From the NCBI GenBank assembly GCA_963664225.1, contig OY760937.1, positions 1,024,001 to 1,088,000 of the forward strand: a stretch of DNA of 64,000 nucleotides, in the 5' to 3' direction. Below the pieces are notes generated by a model that saw only the letters and a list, made by a program, of their open reading frames with translations, was not told the origin of the DNA and made no database searches. This document shows positions 1 through 9,804 of the stretch, in pieces. The number at the start of each line of letters is the position of its first letter. Within the stretch, counting starts at the first letter, position 1. A program made the translations under genes and the position numbers. The stretch comes from Verrucomicrobiia bacterium. GTDB lineage: Bacteria > Verrucomicrobiota > Verrucomicrobiia > Limisphaerales > UBA1319.

Positions 1-252
1 TCTGCCGCAAAACAGGAATTGACCACTCTGGGACGCACGGGTCCGCTGCCTTTGCGTGATGGGCGTATTGCCTTGCGCCTGTTGGTGGACAGGACTTCGG
101 TGGAAATTTTCGGCAACCATGGGGAAATGGTCATGTCCTCCTGCTTTGTTCCTCCGGTTGAAAATCAGAGCCTGGGTCTGAGCGCGCAAGGCGGAACAGC
201 CCGCGTGGTATCAATGACCGTGCGTGAATTGAAAAGCGCGTGGGAACCCTGA
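1..252 (+). CDS. GH32 (levanase/beta-fructofuranosidase) C-terminal beta-sandwich, 5'-truncated by the window
   Basis: LRLLVDRTSVEIFGNHGEMVMSSCF matches the GH32 C-terminal L.D.SS.E.F.N.G pattern. Confidence 0.75.
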   Translation, partial: SAAKQELTTLGRTGPLPLRDGRIALRLLVDRTSVEIFGNHGEMVMSSCFVPPVENQSLGLSAQGGTARVVSMTVRELKSAWEP

Positions 253-267
253 AGGTGAACGGGGCAA

Positions 268-1233
268 TCAGCCTGCAAGATGGCAGGCGACATGGTGATT
301 GGGAGCTAACTCGCGCAACGCTGGGAGCTCCACCCGGCAGCGTTCGACGGCCATTGGGCAGCGGGGATGGAAGGGACATCCGGCGGGCGGATTGAGAGGT
401 GAGGGCACATCCCCCTGCAGTACGATGCGTTTTCGTTGGGTCTCTGGATCCAGAACGGGAATGGCGGATATCAAGGCCTGCGTGTAAGGGTGGAGAGGCT
501 GCGCGATGAGCGTCTTTGCATCCGCAATTTCCATGATTCTTCCCAGATACATCACCAGCACCCGGTCGCACAAATGTTCAACCACCGCCAGGTCGTGCGC
601 AATGAACAGGCAGGCCAGACCCAGCTTCCCGCTGAGGTCCTGGAGCAGGTTGATGATTTGAGCCTGCACCGAGACATCCAGCGCGCTGACCGGTTCGTCA
701 CAGATCAGGAGTCGGGGCTCGACCGCAAGAGCGCGTGCGATGCCAATGCGCTGTCGCTGGCCGCCGCTGAACTCATGCGGATAACGGGCCATGTGTTCCC
801 CGCCCAAGCCGACGCTGTGCAATAAATCCGCGATTCTCTCGTTGCGATTCTCTTTTACTGGAGTCAGCCGATGGATGTCCAGACCCTCGCCCACGATATT
901 TTCCACGGTCATGCGCGGGTTCAGGGAGCCGTAGGGATCCTGAAAAATCATTTGAATGCTTTTGCACTGGGCGCGTGTGCGTTTGCCTGCGGCGGCGGTC
1001 AGATTCACTCCATCGAAATGAATCGTTCCTGAGGCCGGTTTAATCAAGCCCACCAGTGCGCGGCCAAGGGTTGATTTTCCACAACCGCTTTCGCCCACGA
1101 GTCCGAGTGTCTCGCCGGCATTAAGCTCGAAGGAGACGCCATCCACCGCCCGCACAACGTTGTGTCCTGACGCGTTCGTGCCGTCCCGAACGTGGTACCG
1201 CACTTTTAGATTCTGGACTTCCAGCAACGACAT
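268..1233 (-). CDS. oppF: Oligopeptide/dipeptide ABC transporter ATP-binding subunit (OppF/AppF type)
   Basis: Walker A GESGCGKST, FSGGQRQR signature, ICDEPVSALD, C-terminal GCPFHPRCP...VACH. Confidence 0.9.
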   Translation of the reverse strand: MSLLEVQNLKVRYHVRDGTNASGHNVVRAVDGVSFELNAGETLGLVGESGCGKSTLGRALVGLIKPASGTIHFDGVNLTAAAGKRTRAQCKSIQMIFQDPYGSLNPRMTVENIVGEGLDIHRLTPVKENRNERIADLLHSVGLGGEHMARYPHEFSGGQRQRIGIARALAVEPRLLICDEPVSALDVSVQAQIINLLQDLSGKLGLACLFIAHDLAVVEHLCDRVLVMYLGRIMEIADAKTLIAQPLHPYTQALISAIPVLDPETQRKRIVLQGDVPSPLNPPAGCPFHPRCPMAVERCRVELPALRELAPNHHVACHLAG

Positions 1234-1240
1234 AAGGTTC

Positions 1241-2242
1241 TCAATGATTTGAATTCAGTCCCGCCGGTCCATTCAGGTTCGGGCCGCCATCCCAAAAGGG
1301 GCAGCGCACGCGATGAGTTGGGCTGATGGAAAGCAATTCGGGGATCGTATGGCGACAGGACTCCTGGGCTTTTCCACAACGCGGGTGAAACCGGCATCCG
1401 CCAGGAAGCGCGTTCATCCGGGGAACCTGTCCGGGAATGGCCGGGAGGCGTTCGGCGTTCGCGCTGAGCTGGGGCATCGACTCGATCAGGCCCTGCGTAT
1501 AGGGATGACGTGGATTTTTCAACAGTTCCCTGGCTGGGGCCATTTCGAGGATTTGACCCGCGTACATCACTGCGGCGTCATCGGCCATCTGGCGGACGAT
1601 CCCCAGGTTATGCGTGATCAGGAGCATGCTCATGTCCGAGCTTTTTTTCAGGTCACCCAGTAGATCGAGGATCTGGGCCTGAATGGTGACATCGAGCGCG
1701 GTGGTGGGTTCGTCGGCGATCAATAATTTGGGCGCGGAGGCCAGGGCCATGGCGATCATCACCCGCTGCTGCATTCCACCGGATAGCTGGCCTGGATAGT
1801 CCCGCAACCTCTGTTCAGGCGCGGCGATGCCGACATACTGTAGCAGGCGAATGACCTCGGAATCCTGGGCGGCCTCCGGACGATGGAGCTTGAGCGATTC
1901 CATTATTTGATCGCGGACGCGCATCACGGGGTTCAGAGAGACGGCGGGTTCTTGAAAAATGTAACTGACCATGCCGCCGCGGATTTGTCGCAGCGGTCCG
2001 GGGGCCATCGACAGAACGTCCTGGCCCTCCAACAGGATTTTGCCGCCCGCGTAATGCGCGGGAGGGCAGGGCAGCAGCCGGGCAATGGACAATGCGGTGA
2101 CACTTTTTCCCGATCCGCTTTCGCCCACCAGACAAAAAGTTTTGCCCCGGTCCACGGAGAAGGACACGTCATCGACTGCGGGCGTTCTTTCGGACGGCCG
2201 GTCAAATGCGACGCTTAAATTTTGGATTTCCAGCAGTGCCAT
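1241..2242 (-). CDS. oppD: Oligopeptide/dipeptide ABC transporter ATP-binding subunit (OppD/DppD type)
   Basis: [42 protein letters not shown]. Confidence 0.9.
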   Translation of the reverse strand: MALLEIQNLSVAFDRPSERTPAVDDVSFSVDRGKTFCLVGESGSGKSVTALSIARLLPCPPAHYAGGKILLEGQDVLSMAPGPLRQIRGGMVSYIFQEPAVSLNPVMRVRDQIMESLKLHRPEAAQDSEVIRLLQYVGIAAPEQRLRDYPGQLSGGMQQRVMIAMALASAPKLLIADEPTTALDVTIQAQILDLLGDLKKSSDMSMLLITHNLGIVRQMADDAAVMYAGQILEMAPARELLKNPRHPYTQGLIESMPQLSANAERLPAIPGQVPRMNALPGGCRFHPRCGKAQESCRHTIPELLSISPTHRVRCPFWDGGPNLNGPAGLNSNH

Positions 2243-2245
2243 GGA

Positions 2246-3550
2246 TCAGCGTGAGGCGGTCTTTAGAGATTTCTTTTGCGCCGGAGTTGGGGCTTTTGAA
2301 GGGGTAGCCGTAACATCCTGACCGTAACCCGGAATCAAATATTTTTGGCGGCGCGCGCGGAATTGCGATTCACCATTTTTCCATGCGGCCACGATGAATG
2401 CCGAGCTTTGCCCTCTCTCCATGGATCGCCGCACCTGGTCTGTGCCAATAACCTTGTCGAACATGCCAAAGGAATGCCCGGATTTCTGCGCCTCACGAAA
2501 CAGATCGCGACCGGAGGTTCGTTTGATGGCATCCCAGATATGAAGGTTCAGGCACATCAAGGGGGATTGGCTCGTGTTTGTGATGTCGATTTTGACGCCT
2601 TGCACCCATTCGCCGGAAGTTTTCTGGTAACGCATGGGTCGAAAAGCGACGCCTGGAAGCTGATAATTGTTGAGGGTTTTGCTCGTGGTGGCCGCATTGA
2701 GCCAGGGAGCGGAAAAGCATTGAAACCGATATGGCGTGCCTCCGCCCAGGTTCAAACCGCCCAGTTCACCCAATATGCCCGTTGACGCTAGATACATGGG
2801 GGTATCGCCGTTGGGAACATTGGGCGACGTGGGAACCCACTTTAGACCCGTGCGATTCCAAACCATGGAGCGCTGCCAGCCTGTCATGGGGATGACCGCG
2901 AGGCGGCAGCGGTTGGTGATCCAGCCCTCGCCATTGATCATCCGGGCCAGTTCGCCGCAGGTCAGGCCGTAGATGTAAGGCACGGACCATTGGCCGACGA
3001 AGGAGCGGAAATTGTTGTCGAGCATCGGCCCTTCCGCGCGCAATCCGCCCAGAGGATTGGGACGATCGAGCACCATGAATTCCACGTTCGCCGCGCCGCA
3101 AGCCTCCATGGCCAGTCCCATGGTGCTGATGTAGGTGTAGGAGCGGATGCCTGTGTCTTGTATGTCGTAAACCAGCGTGTCGATTCCCTGGAGCATGGCG
3201 GGCGTGGGACGGCGAATGGGTCCGGGCCCATAGAGCGAATAGATGGGCAGGCGTGTGCGTGCATCGATGGAACTGGTAAATTCGCGACCCGCCGGGATCG
3301 TTCCGTAAATGCCGTGCTCGGCCGCGAAAAGGGCGACGAGTTGCACGCCTTTGGCCTTTCGCAGTTCATCGATCATGGAGTTGCCGCGCCGGTTGATGCC
3401 GGAGGGATTGGTCAGCAAGCCGACGCGCTTGCCCTTGAGTGGGGCAAAGTTCATCTGGGCCAGCACATCGCTGCCCAGCATTACTTCGGCTCGGGTCTGT
3501 GGCGCCATCAGCCAGCCAGCCAGCACCAGCCATGCAATCCATTTTGCCAT
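2246..3550 (-). CDS. namZ: Exo-beta-N-acetylmuramidase NamZ family (DUF1343), with signal peptide
   Basis: KRVGLLTNPSG, AEHG, YDIQDTGIRSYTYISTM, LDRPNPLGG, WVPTSPN motifs. Confidence 0.85.
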   Translation of the reverse strand: MAKWIAWLVLAGWLMAPQTRAEVMLGSDVLAQMNFAPLKGKRVGLLTNPSGINRRGNSMIDELRKAKGVQLVALFAAEHGIYGTIPAGREFTSSIDARTRLPIYSLYGPGPIRRPTPAMLQGIDTLVYDIQDTGIRSYTYISTMGLAMEACGAANVEFMVLDRPNPLGGLRAEGPMLDNNFRSFVGQWSVPYIYGLTCGELARMINGEGWITNRCRLAVIPMTGWQRSMVWNRTGLKWVPTSPNVPNGDTPMYLASTGILGELGGLNLGGGTPYRFQCFSAPWLNAATTSKTLNNYQLPGVAFRPMRYQKTSGEWVQGVKIDITNTSQSPLMCLNLHIWDAIKRTSGRDLFREAQKSGHSFGMFDKVIGTDQVRRSMERGQSSAFIVAAWKNGESQFRARRQKYLIPGYGQDVTATPSKAPTPAQKKSLKTASR

Positions 3551-3651
3551 GGCCGCCAGATTAGTGGAGTGCTCCGAAAATCACCATCGATTTGTTGATG
3601 CTCGAAAGCCCAGGATTGCCCGCATGGCGTTTCGTGGCGTAAACTGAACCT

Positions 3652-5061
3652 GTGAAAACGGTCGTCCACTGGTATCGCCGCGATTTGCGCGTGTCTGACA
3701 ATACCGCGCTGGCCGATGCTTCGCGGCGCGCGGAAGTGGTGCGCCCGCTTTTCATATTGGATGACGAGATTCTTGGCGCTCCGGACATGGGTGCGGCACG
3801 CGTCAGTTTTCTGCTCGGCACGTTGCGTTCGCTTCAACGCAACCTCGCGGCGCTGGGTTATGACTTGATCATTTGCCGTGGAAAGCCCGAGGAGGAACTC
3901 TTGAAGGTGTGCCGTGAAATCCATGCTGAGGCGGTGTTCTGCAATCGGGATTACGAGCCCTGGTGTCAGTCGAGGGATTCGCGGATTTTCAATCTGCTCA
4001 ATGCCGAAGGAATTGGATTTGAGATTTTCAAGGACGCCGTCATTTGGGAGGAAAACGAAATCCTGACCAAGTCCGGCACGCCCTACACCGTTTTTACCCC
4101 GTATTCGAAGGCGTGGAAGACCAAGGCCGTGCCACCAACCAGGTCTGCGCTCAAACCCGCATCAGCCAAGCCCAAAAAGATTCCCTCCCTGGGACTCCCA
4201 GCGACTTCCGATGCGTTGGGCTTTCCCCTGAATCAGTCCATTCCGGAGGCGGGGGAACAGGTCGCACGGGAAGCATTGAGGAAGTTCATGGCCGGGTCGG
4301 TTTTGTCCTACGGAAAACTGAGGGACTTTCCCGCCGTGGACGCCACATCGCATTTGTCGGCTCATCTCCATTTTGGCGCGGTGAATATCCGGACAATTCT
4401 ATCTTTATTGGCGGAAGCCATGAACGGAGCCGATCCACTATCCAGAACCCAGGCCGATGTGTTTCTCAACGAACTGATATGGCGCGAGTTTTATATTCAG
4501 ATCATGACGAATTTCCCGCATGTCATGAAAGGATCGTTTCGCCGTGAATGTGATGCGCTGGTCTGGAGCGAAAACAAGGCGCATTTTCAAAGATGGTGCG
4601 AGGGGCGGACGGGTTATCCGATCATCGACGCGGCGATGCGATGTCTCAATGCTACCGGCTGGATGCATAATCGTCTGCGGATGATCGTCGCCATGTTCCT
4701 GACCAAGGATCTCCTGATTTCGTGGCAATGGGGGGAACGCCATTTCATGCAGAAGCTCGTGGATGGCGATGCGGCGGCCAACAACGGCGGTTGGCAATGG
4801 AGCGCGGGTACGGGCACGGACGCCGCACCGTATTTCAGGATATTCAATCCCACCGCACAGGCCATGAAATTCGATTCCGACGGCGCGTTCGTCCGGAAGT
4901 GGGTTCCTGAACTAAGCCATCTCGAAGGGGCGCGCATTCATGAGCCGTGGGAGGAATCCGTTCCAGTGAAGTATCCCAGCCGCATCGTTCTGCACGCGGA
5001 CCAGCGATCCCGGTGGCTGGCGATGTTCCAGAAGGTCAAGGGCACTAAAATCACGGAATAG
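3652..5061 (+). CDS. phrB: Deoxyribodipyrimidine photolyase / cryptochrome family
   Basis: WYRRDLRVSDN, ELIWREFY, TGYPIIDAAMR, WMHNRLRMIVA, NNGGWQW, APYFRIFNP. Confidence 0.92.
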   Translation: MKTVVHWYRRDLRVSDNTALADASRRAEVVRPLFILDDEILGAPDMGAARVSFLLGTLRSLQRNLAALGYDLIICRGKPEEELLKVCREIHAEAVFCNRDYEPWCQSRDSRIFNLLNAEGIGFEIFKDAVIWEENEILTKSGTPYTVFTPYSKAWKTKAVPPTRSALKPASAKPKKIPSLGLPATSDALGFPLNQSIPEAGEQVAREALRKFMAGSVLSYGKLRDFPAVDATSHLSAHLHFGAVNIRTILSLLAEAMNGADPLSRTQADVFLNELIWREFYIQIMTNFPHVMKGSFRRECDALVWSENKAHFQRWCEGRTGYPIIDAAMRCLNATGWMHNRLRMIVAMFLTKDLLISWQWGERHFMQKLVDGDAAANNGGWQWSAGTGTDAAPYFRIFNPTAQAMKFDSDGAFVRKWVPELSHLEGARIHEPWEESVPVKYPSRIVLHADQRSRWLAMFQKVKGTKITE

Positions 5062-5117
5062 CGACCTACGTGGTTTTCATTGATTTGCGCATCCAGAACC
5101 GGTAGTTCAATGGCCCC

Positions 5118-7856
5118 ATGAAAGCCACCCATCAGCCCGTGACCACGGCGCGACGCTCCATCGCGCGTTTGAAACATCTTCTACAAATGCGAACCATGGC
5201 CTTATGGGTGCTTGCTGGGCTGTTCTGCATGCCGTGTGCCCGGGCCGTTGGGGCGTATGTGTGGGTGGAGGGGGAAAGCGCCACGGAAAAAACGGTAACG
5301 CGTAATGCTTGGTATGAAACGGTACCCAAGACGGCCTTTTCTGGAGGTGCATTTCTAGCGCATTTTGACGAGACCAAACCGGGCCAGGCCACCTATGTAT
5401 TTGAGGCGCCCGCCGCCGGTGAGTATTCATTATGGCTGCGCGCCAATCCCAATGAGACGCGCATTGACTATGCCTTGAACGGGGCGGAATGGCAGCCGGT
5501 TTCCGTGACCAACGCGATGCAGAAATTCACACTCTCGGGTTGGGACATGCGCTTTATGGCTTGGATCGACGCGGGCAAGGCGGTTCTGAAGGCGGGGCGC
5601 AACGAAATGAAAATCCGGCTGGATGGCAAACCCAAACCTCACGGCATCCTGGATTGCTTTGTCTTCACGCAGAAACCTTTCAGCCCCTGGGGCATCGAGA
5701 AGCCCGAAGGAGCCGCCGCTGCGCGAAAACAGGCTGCGGACGATGAGGCAAACTGGTTTGATTTCGCGGCCAAAATCGATTCTTCGGCTACGAATACGCC
5801 GATTGATCTGCGTCATCTGAACGAGCGTTTTGCCGGGGAAATGGGCCGCATCGTGGTTCGAGATGGAAAATTCCAGCATGAAAATGCAATGGGCGGCAAG
5901 AGCGTTCGGTTCTGGGCTGTGAACGGTCCGCCGCATGATTTGAAAGGGGCGAAACTGGCCGCGTGCGCGAAAACTCTCGCCCGGTATGGCGTGAATATGG
6001 TCCGCATTCATGGCGCGGTGGCCGATGAAAAAACCGGGGAGGTTCGTCTGGAGTCCGTGCAGCACCTCGTCGAGATGATTGAAGCGATGCGTGCGGAGGG
6101 AATTTACACTCACCTTTCGATCTATTTTCCGCTTTGGTTTCGACCTGCCGGGGGTTCGGAATTTCTGGAGGGCTATGATGGCGGCAAGAATCCGTTTGCC
6201 ACGCTGATGTTCAATCCGACTTTCCAGAAACGCTACGAGGAATGGTGGCACGCGGTCATGACCGCGAAGATGTCCAATGGCAAACCGCTATTTTCCGAAG
6301 CCGCTGTCATGAGTGTGGAATTGCAGAATGAGGACTCGCTGTTTTTCTGGACCTTCAATGAAGGGAACCTGCCTGATCCGCAGATGCGCATGTTCGAGAA
6401 GCAGTTCGGGGATTGGCTGGCGCGCAAATATGGCTCTCTCGAAAAAGCCTTCGAAGCCTGGGGTGGAGGCAAACTGGCCCGTGATAATGCCGCGGAAGGG
6501 CGTGTCGCTTTCCGTCCATTATATGAAATATTCTCCAAGAAGACCGCACGCGACCGCGACACTGCGGCCTTCCTGCTCGAAACGCAGAGGGCGTTTTACA
6601 CCCGTGCCAGCAAGTTTATTCACAGTTTGGGTTTCGAGGGCCTCATCACCTGTTCGAATTGGAATACCGCAAGCCCGGAAGTATTCGGGCCGCTGGAAAA
6701 ATACAGCTACACCATCGGCGACTTTATCGACCGCCACGGTTATTTCGGTTGTCGCAATGCGGGCTTGTTCTCTGAGTGGTCGATCCGAAATGATCATACC
6801 TATCTGAATCGCAGCGCGCTGCGATTCGACCCCGAGGAACCGGGTGCGGCGCGCCAGTTCAATCATCCGGTGATCGATATCAAATACGATCACAAGCCAT
6901 CCGTGATTTCCGAAACCACCTGGAATCGCCCCAACCGCTACCGGGGTGAGGCACCGCTGTTTTTTGCCGCTTATGGCGCATTGCAGGACAGCGATGGCGT
7001 TGTTCATTTTGCGCTGGATGGCGCCCAGTGGTCCGTGAAGCCCGGATACTTCATGCAACCCTGGACACTCATGGCGCCGACCCAGGTGGGGCAATTTCCA
7101 GCCGCAGCGCTGATTTATCGAGAGGTCTTGATCACCCCCGGCGCGATGCTTGCCGATCTGCAACTCGGGATTGAGGACATTAAGAACCTCAAGGGAACGC
7201 CCCTGCCTCAGGATGCCGCGTTCGATGAATTACGGTTGAAGGATGTTCCCGCAGGCACGGAACTCAAGCCCGGCAACCGGATCGATCCCCTCATTCATTT
7301 TGCGGGACGCACGCAGGTCCGTTTTGCGGATACCGCGCGCCCGGCGAAGCTCGTCGATTTGAAGCCCTATGTGAATCGCGAGCGCCAAACCGTGACCAGC
7401 ACGACTGGAGAATTGATGCTCGATTATGGCAAAGGTTTTTTCACGATGAACGCCCCCGGCGCACAAGGAGCGAGCGGCAATCTCAAGGCGGCGGGCGAAT
7501 TGGTTCTGAAGAACATCGTGGTTCAATCTGGTCTGGATTCGGTGCACATTGTCCTGGTGGCGCTGGATGGCAAACCGCTGAGAACATCGCAGCGCATGCT
7601 GTTGCAGGTCATGTCCGAGGAAAAGGCCAGCGGATTTAAGGAGATTCCGCAGGGAGATATTCATCTCATCGAAAACATCGGCCAGGATCCCTGGCGTATT
7701 CGAAAGATGGACGGCTCGGTGCGTGTGACCCGCCCGGACGCGGCGCAACTGAAAGTCACGGCGCTGGATTTCAATGGCATGCCGGTCAGGGAACTCGGCT
7801 CTGCCGCGCGCATCACGCTGCTCCCGGATTGTTTGTATTATTTGATCAGCAAATAA
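5118..7856 (+). CDS. Secreted clan GH-A-like glycoside hydrolase with an N-terminal carbohydrate-binding-like domain
   Basis: Signal peptide; GVNMVRIHG, VELQNED (putative acid/base), DRHGYF, VISETTW (putative nucleophile). Confidence 0.6.
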   Translation: MKATHQPVTTARRSIARLKHLLQMRTMALWVLAGLFCMPCARAVGAYVWVEGESATEKTVTRNAWYETVPKTAFSGGAFLAHFDETKPGQATYVFEAPAAGEYSLWLRANPNETRIDYALNGAEWQPVSVTNAMQKFTLSGWDMRFMAWIDAGKAVLKAGRNEMKIRLDGKPKPHGILDCFVFTQKPFSPWGIEKPEGAAAARKQAADDEANWFDFAAKIDSSATNTPIDLRHLNERFAGEMGRIVVRDGKFQHENAMGGKSVRFWAVNGPPHDLKGAKLAACAKTLARYGVNMVRIHGAVADEKTGEVRLESVQHLVEMIEAMRAEGIYTHLSIYFPLWFRPAGGSEFLEGYDGGKNPFATLMFNPTFQKRYEEWWHAVMTAKMSNGKPLFSEAAVMSVELQNEDSLFFWTFNEGNLPDPQMRMFEKQFGDWLARKYGSLEKAFEAWGGGKLARDNAAEGRVAFRPLYEIFSKKTARDRDTAAFLLETQRAFYTRASKFIHSLGFEGLITCSNWNTASPEVFGPLEKYSYTIGDFIDRHGYFGCRNAGLFSEWSIRNDHTYLNRSALRFDPEEPGAARQFNHPVIDIKYDHKPSVISETTWNRPNRYRGEAPLFFAAYGALQDSDGVVHFALDGAQWSVKPGYFMQPWTLMAPTQVGQFPAAALIYREVLITPGAMLADLQLGIEDIKNLKGTPLPQDAAFDELRLKDVPAGTELKPGNRIDPLIHFAGRTQVRFADTARPAKLVDLKPYVNRERQTVTSTTGELMLDYGKGFFTMNAPGAQGASGNLKAAGELVLKNIVVQSGLDSVHIVLVALDGKPLRTSQRMLLQVMSEEKASGFKEIPQGDIHLIENIGQDPWRIRKMDGSVRVTRPDAAQLKVTALDFNGMPVRELGSAARITLLPDCLYYLISK

Positions 7857-7865
7857 CGCGGCGCT

Positions 7866-9587
7866 TCACTGCCTTTGCGCATTGATGCGGTAAAACGCCC
7901 GGTCCGTCGGTGGATCCGTATCCATGAGCGTGGCCGGGTTTCCGTCACCGGTAAACACCGGGGTCAGCGGTGTCCAGTTGGTGAAATTAATCGAGCGTTC
8001 CAATTGGTAGAGCCAGTTGGTCACGCTGGGGAATTCCACCCGCATGATCGATCCATTGGTGAATCCTGCCTGCATCGTGAATACAGGAGGTTCAGCAATC
8101 TCCATTAACACCAATGAAAGATCATCCGCGCTGGCGTAGTTGTTCGTGGAGGTGGTTGAATTGGATTTGGCCTCCAGGAGCAACTCGATCCGGCGCGTGC
8201 CCAAGGGTAGCTGACCGGTTGTGGTTTGTTCCACCAAACTGATTCCATTGGTGGCACCGTCGGTGATCATTCCACCCACGCTATTGGTGGCCAGCATCTG
8301 CCCGTTTTCAGATAGAAAACGAGCGGTCAGCGTCATGCGTTGATTCCGGTTGGTGGATCCACTAAGAAACCCAGAGAGTTGATACTGGACGCCCCGACCG
8401 TCGATTTGGGACGAAAACCCGGTTACATCGAGCGTTTGCGAGATGCTGTTGCTGAGGCCCACTCCGCCCAGGAAACAATTCACTCCGCGATTCGTGGGAC
8501 CCGGACTCGCGAACGAAGGAAAATTCGTGTTCGCTCCATAACGGCCCAGTGTCAGGCCGGTCACATCCCACCACCAGGCTATGCCGCGGTTGGGAGTCAG
8601 GTTGTTCGTGCCGCTGTTGGATTCCGCGTCGCCATTAAAGATGAGATTCGTGCCAAAGCGGGCAGGGGGCCTCGCCAACCCTTCCACCCGCGCGTCGAGG
8701 TTCCATGCGGGATCGATGGGCACTTCCATGTGGGTGAGAACCGTCGCGCAAACGTCCACAATGCTGGGTGTTGGATACATGATTCCCGGTGCCACGGATG
8801 GACCGCTGAGTATGTGAAAAGTGACGCGCGACTGTTCCACCGTGCTGTCATGTTGCCCGTGGTCGGTCAGGATGATGACGAGCCAATTCTCCTGCGCATA
8901 GGTCGTGCGGTGGGTCATCGCATCGATGATTTGCCCCACGCGTCCGTCCGCAAGTTCGATCTCATGCACATACTGTGGAACCGTCGGTCCCCAGCCGTAA
9001 GTGTGCCCGGCTGAATCCACATCGAGCAAGATGGTGTAAAACACGTCGGGATTTCCATTCGTGAGGAGTTTGCACGTGGCGGTTGTAATGGCGGCATCCG
9101 AACTGAAATTGGTGACCCCATCGGTTCCCTTAAGGACGTTGGACAGGTCAGCCCAGCGGGTGAACGCCACAGTGGTGAGATTGCTGTTCACCGACTCCAG
9201 GCGCTGCATGAAGCTCGGGTATAAATCAAACCGGTTTCCCGCAAAGCTGTTGCCCGGGTCGTTGACGCCGTGCCTATCGCCCCACACTCCGGTGAACATG
9301 CTCGACCAGCAGGCCGCGCTGTGGGTGACGGGATGCGTCACCACGCGATCGGAGAAGGCCCCATTCGTCCTGAGGGCATCGAGATTGGGCGTGTGCGCCA
9401 CTGCGAGGGAGTCGGGACGCGTTCCATCGATGCCGATAATGAGAACCTTCTTCTTTAAGGGTTCGGCCAGGGTGGTGCCCAGAGAAAGGGTGAGAATGCA
9501 GGCCACACCGATCCGCCAAAGCACCGATGTGAAAGGCGGCTTTAAAAGACCACGGGTCATGGTGAATGTTTTTTTATATTTCCCCAT
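7866..9587 (-). CDS. Secreted alkaline phosphatase / nucleotide pyrophosphatase superfamily protein with C-terminal extension
   Basis: VLIIGIDGTRPD, DVDSAGH, LTDHG metal-binding motifs; signal peptide; C-terminal FYR domain. Confidence 0.75.
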   Translation of the reverse strand: MGKYKKTFTMTRGLLKPPFTSVLWRIGVACILTLSLGTTLAEPLKKKVLIIGIDGTRPDSLAVAHTPNLDALRTNGAFSDRVVTHPVTHSAACWSSMFTGVWGDRHGVNDPGNSFAGNRFDLYPSFMQRLESVNSNLTTVAFTRWADLSNVLKGTDGVTNFSSDAAITTATCKLLTNGNPDVFYTILLDVDSAGHTYGWGPTVPQYVHEIELADGRVGQIIDAMTHRTTYAQENWLVIILTDHGQHDSTVEQSRVTFHILSGPSVAPGIMYPTPSIVDVCATVLTHMEVPIDPAWNLDARVEGLARPPARFGTNLIFNGDAESNSGTNNLTPNRGIAWWWDVTGLTLGRYGANTNFPSFASPGPTNRGVNCFLGGVGLSNSISQTLDVTGFSSQIDGRGVQYQLSGFLSGSTNRNQRMTLTARFLSENGQMLATNSVGGMITDGATNGISLVEQTTTGQLPLGTRRIELLLEAKSNSTTSTNNYASADDLSLVLMEIAEPPVFTMQAGFTNGSIMRVEFPSVTNWLYQLERSINFTNWTPLTPVFTGDGNPATLMDTDPPTDRAFYRINAQRQ

Positions 9588-9670
9588 GTCCCGGAGACTA
9601 TTCCTCCGGCGCGCTTCGTCAATCGTGCATTGCGCCTGGACTTCGAGGGGTTGACAGGAGCATCCCGCGA

Positions 9671-9705
9671 AAAAGAAAAATGCTGGCGGAGTACGCCAGC
9701 ATTTT
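9671..9705 (-). terminator. Intrinsic terminator downstream of the 9805-13509 gene
   Basis: Perfect 12-bp stem AAAATGCTGGCG-gagta-CGCCAGCATTTT with an A-tract on the left (U-tract on the minus strand). Confidence 0.7.
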
Positions 9706-9804
9706 GTCGTTTTTATTATTTATCGGACTGCTGGCAGCACTCGCGGGGAGGCTGCCAGCGCCTTGGAAAATCGATCATGAATTCATGATCGGAATCTATC
9801 TTGC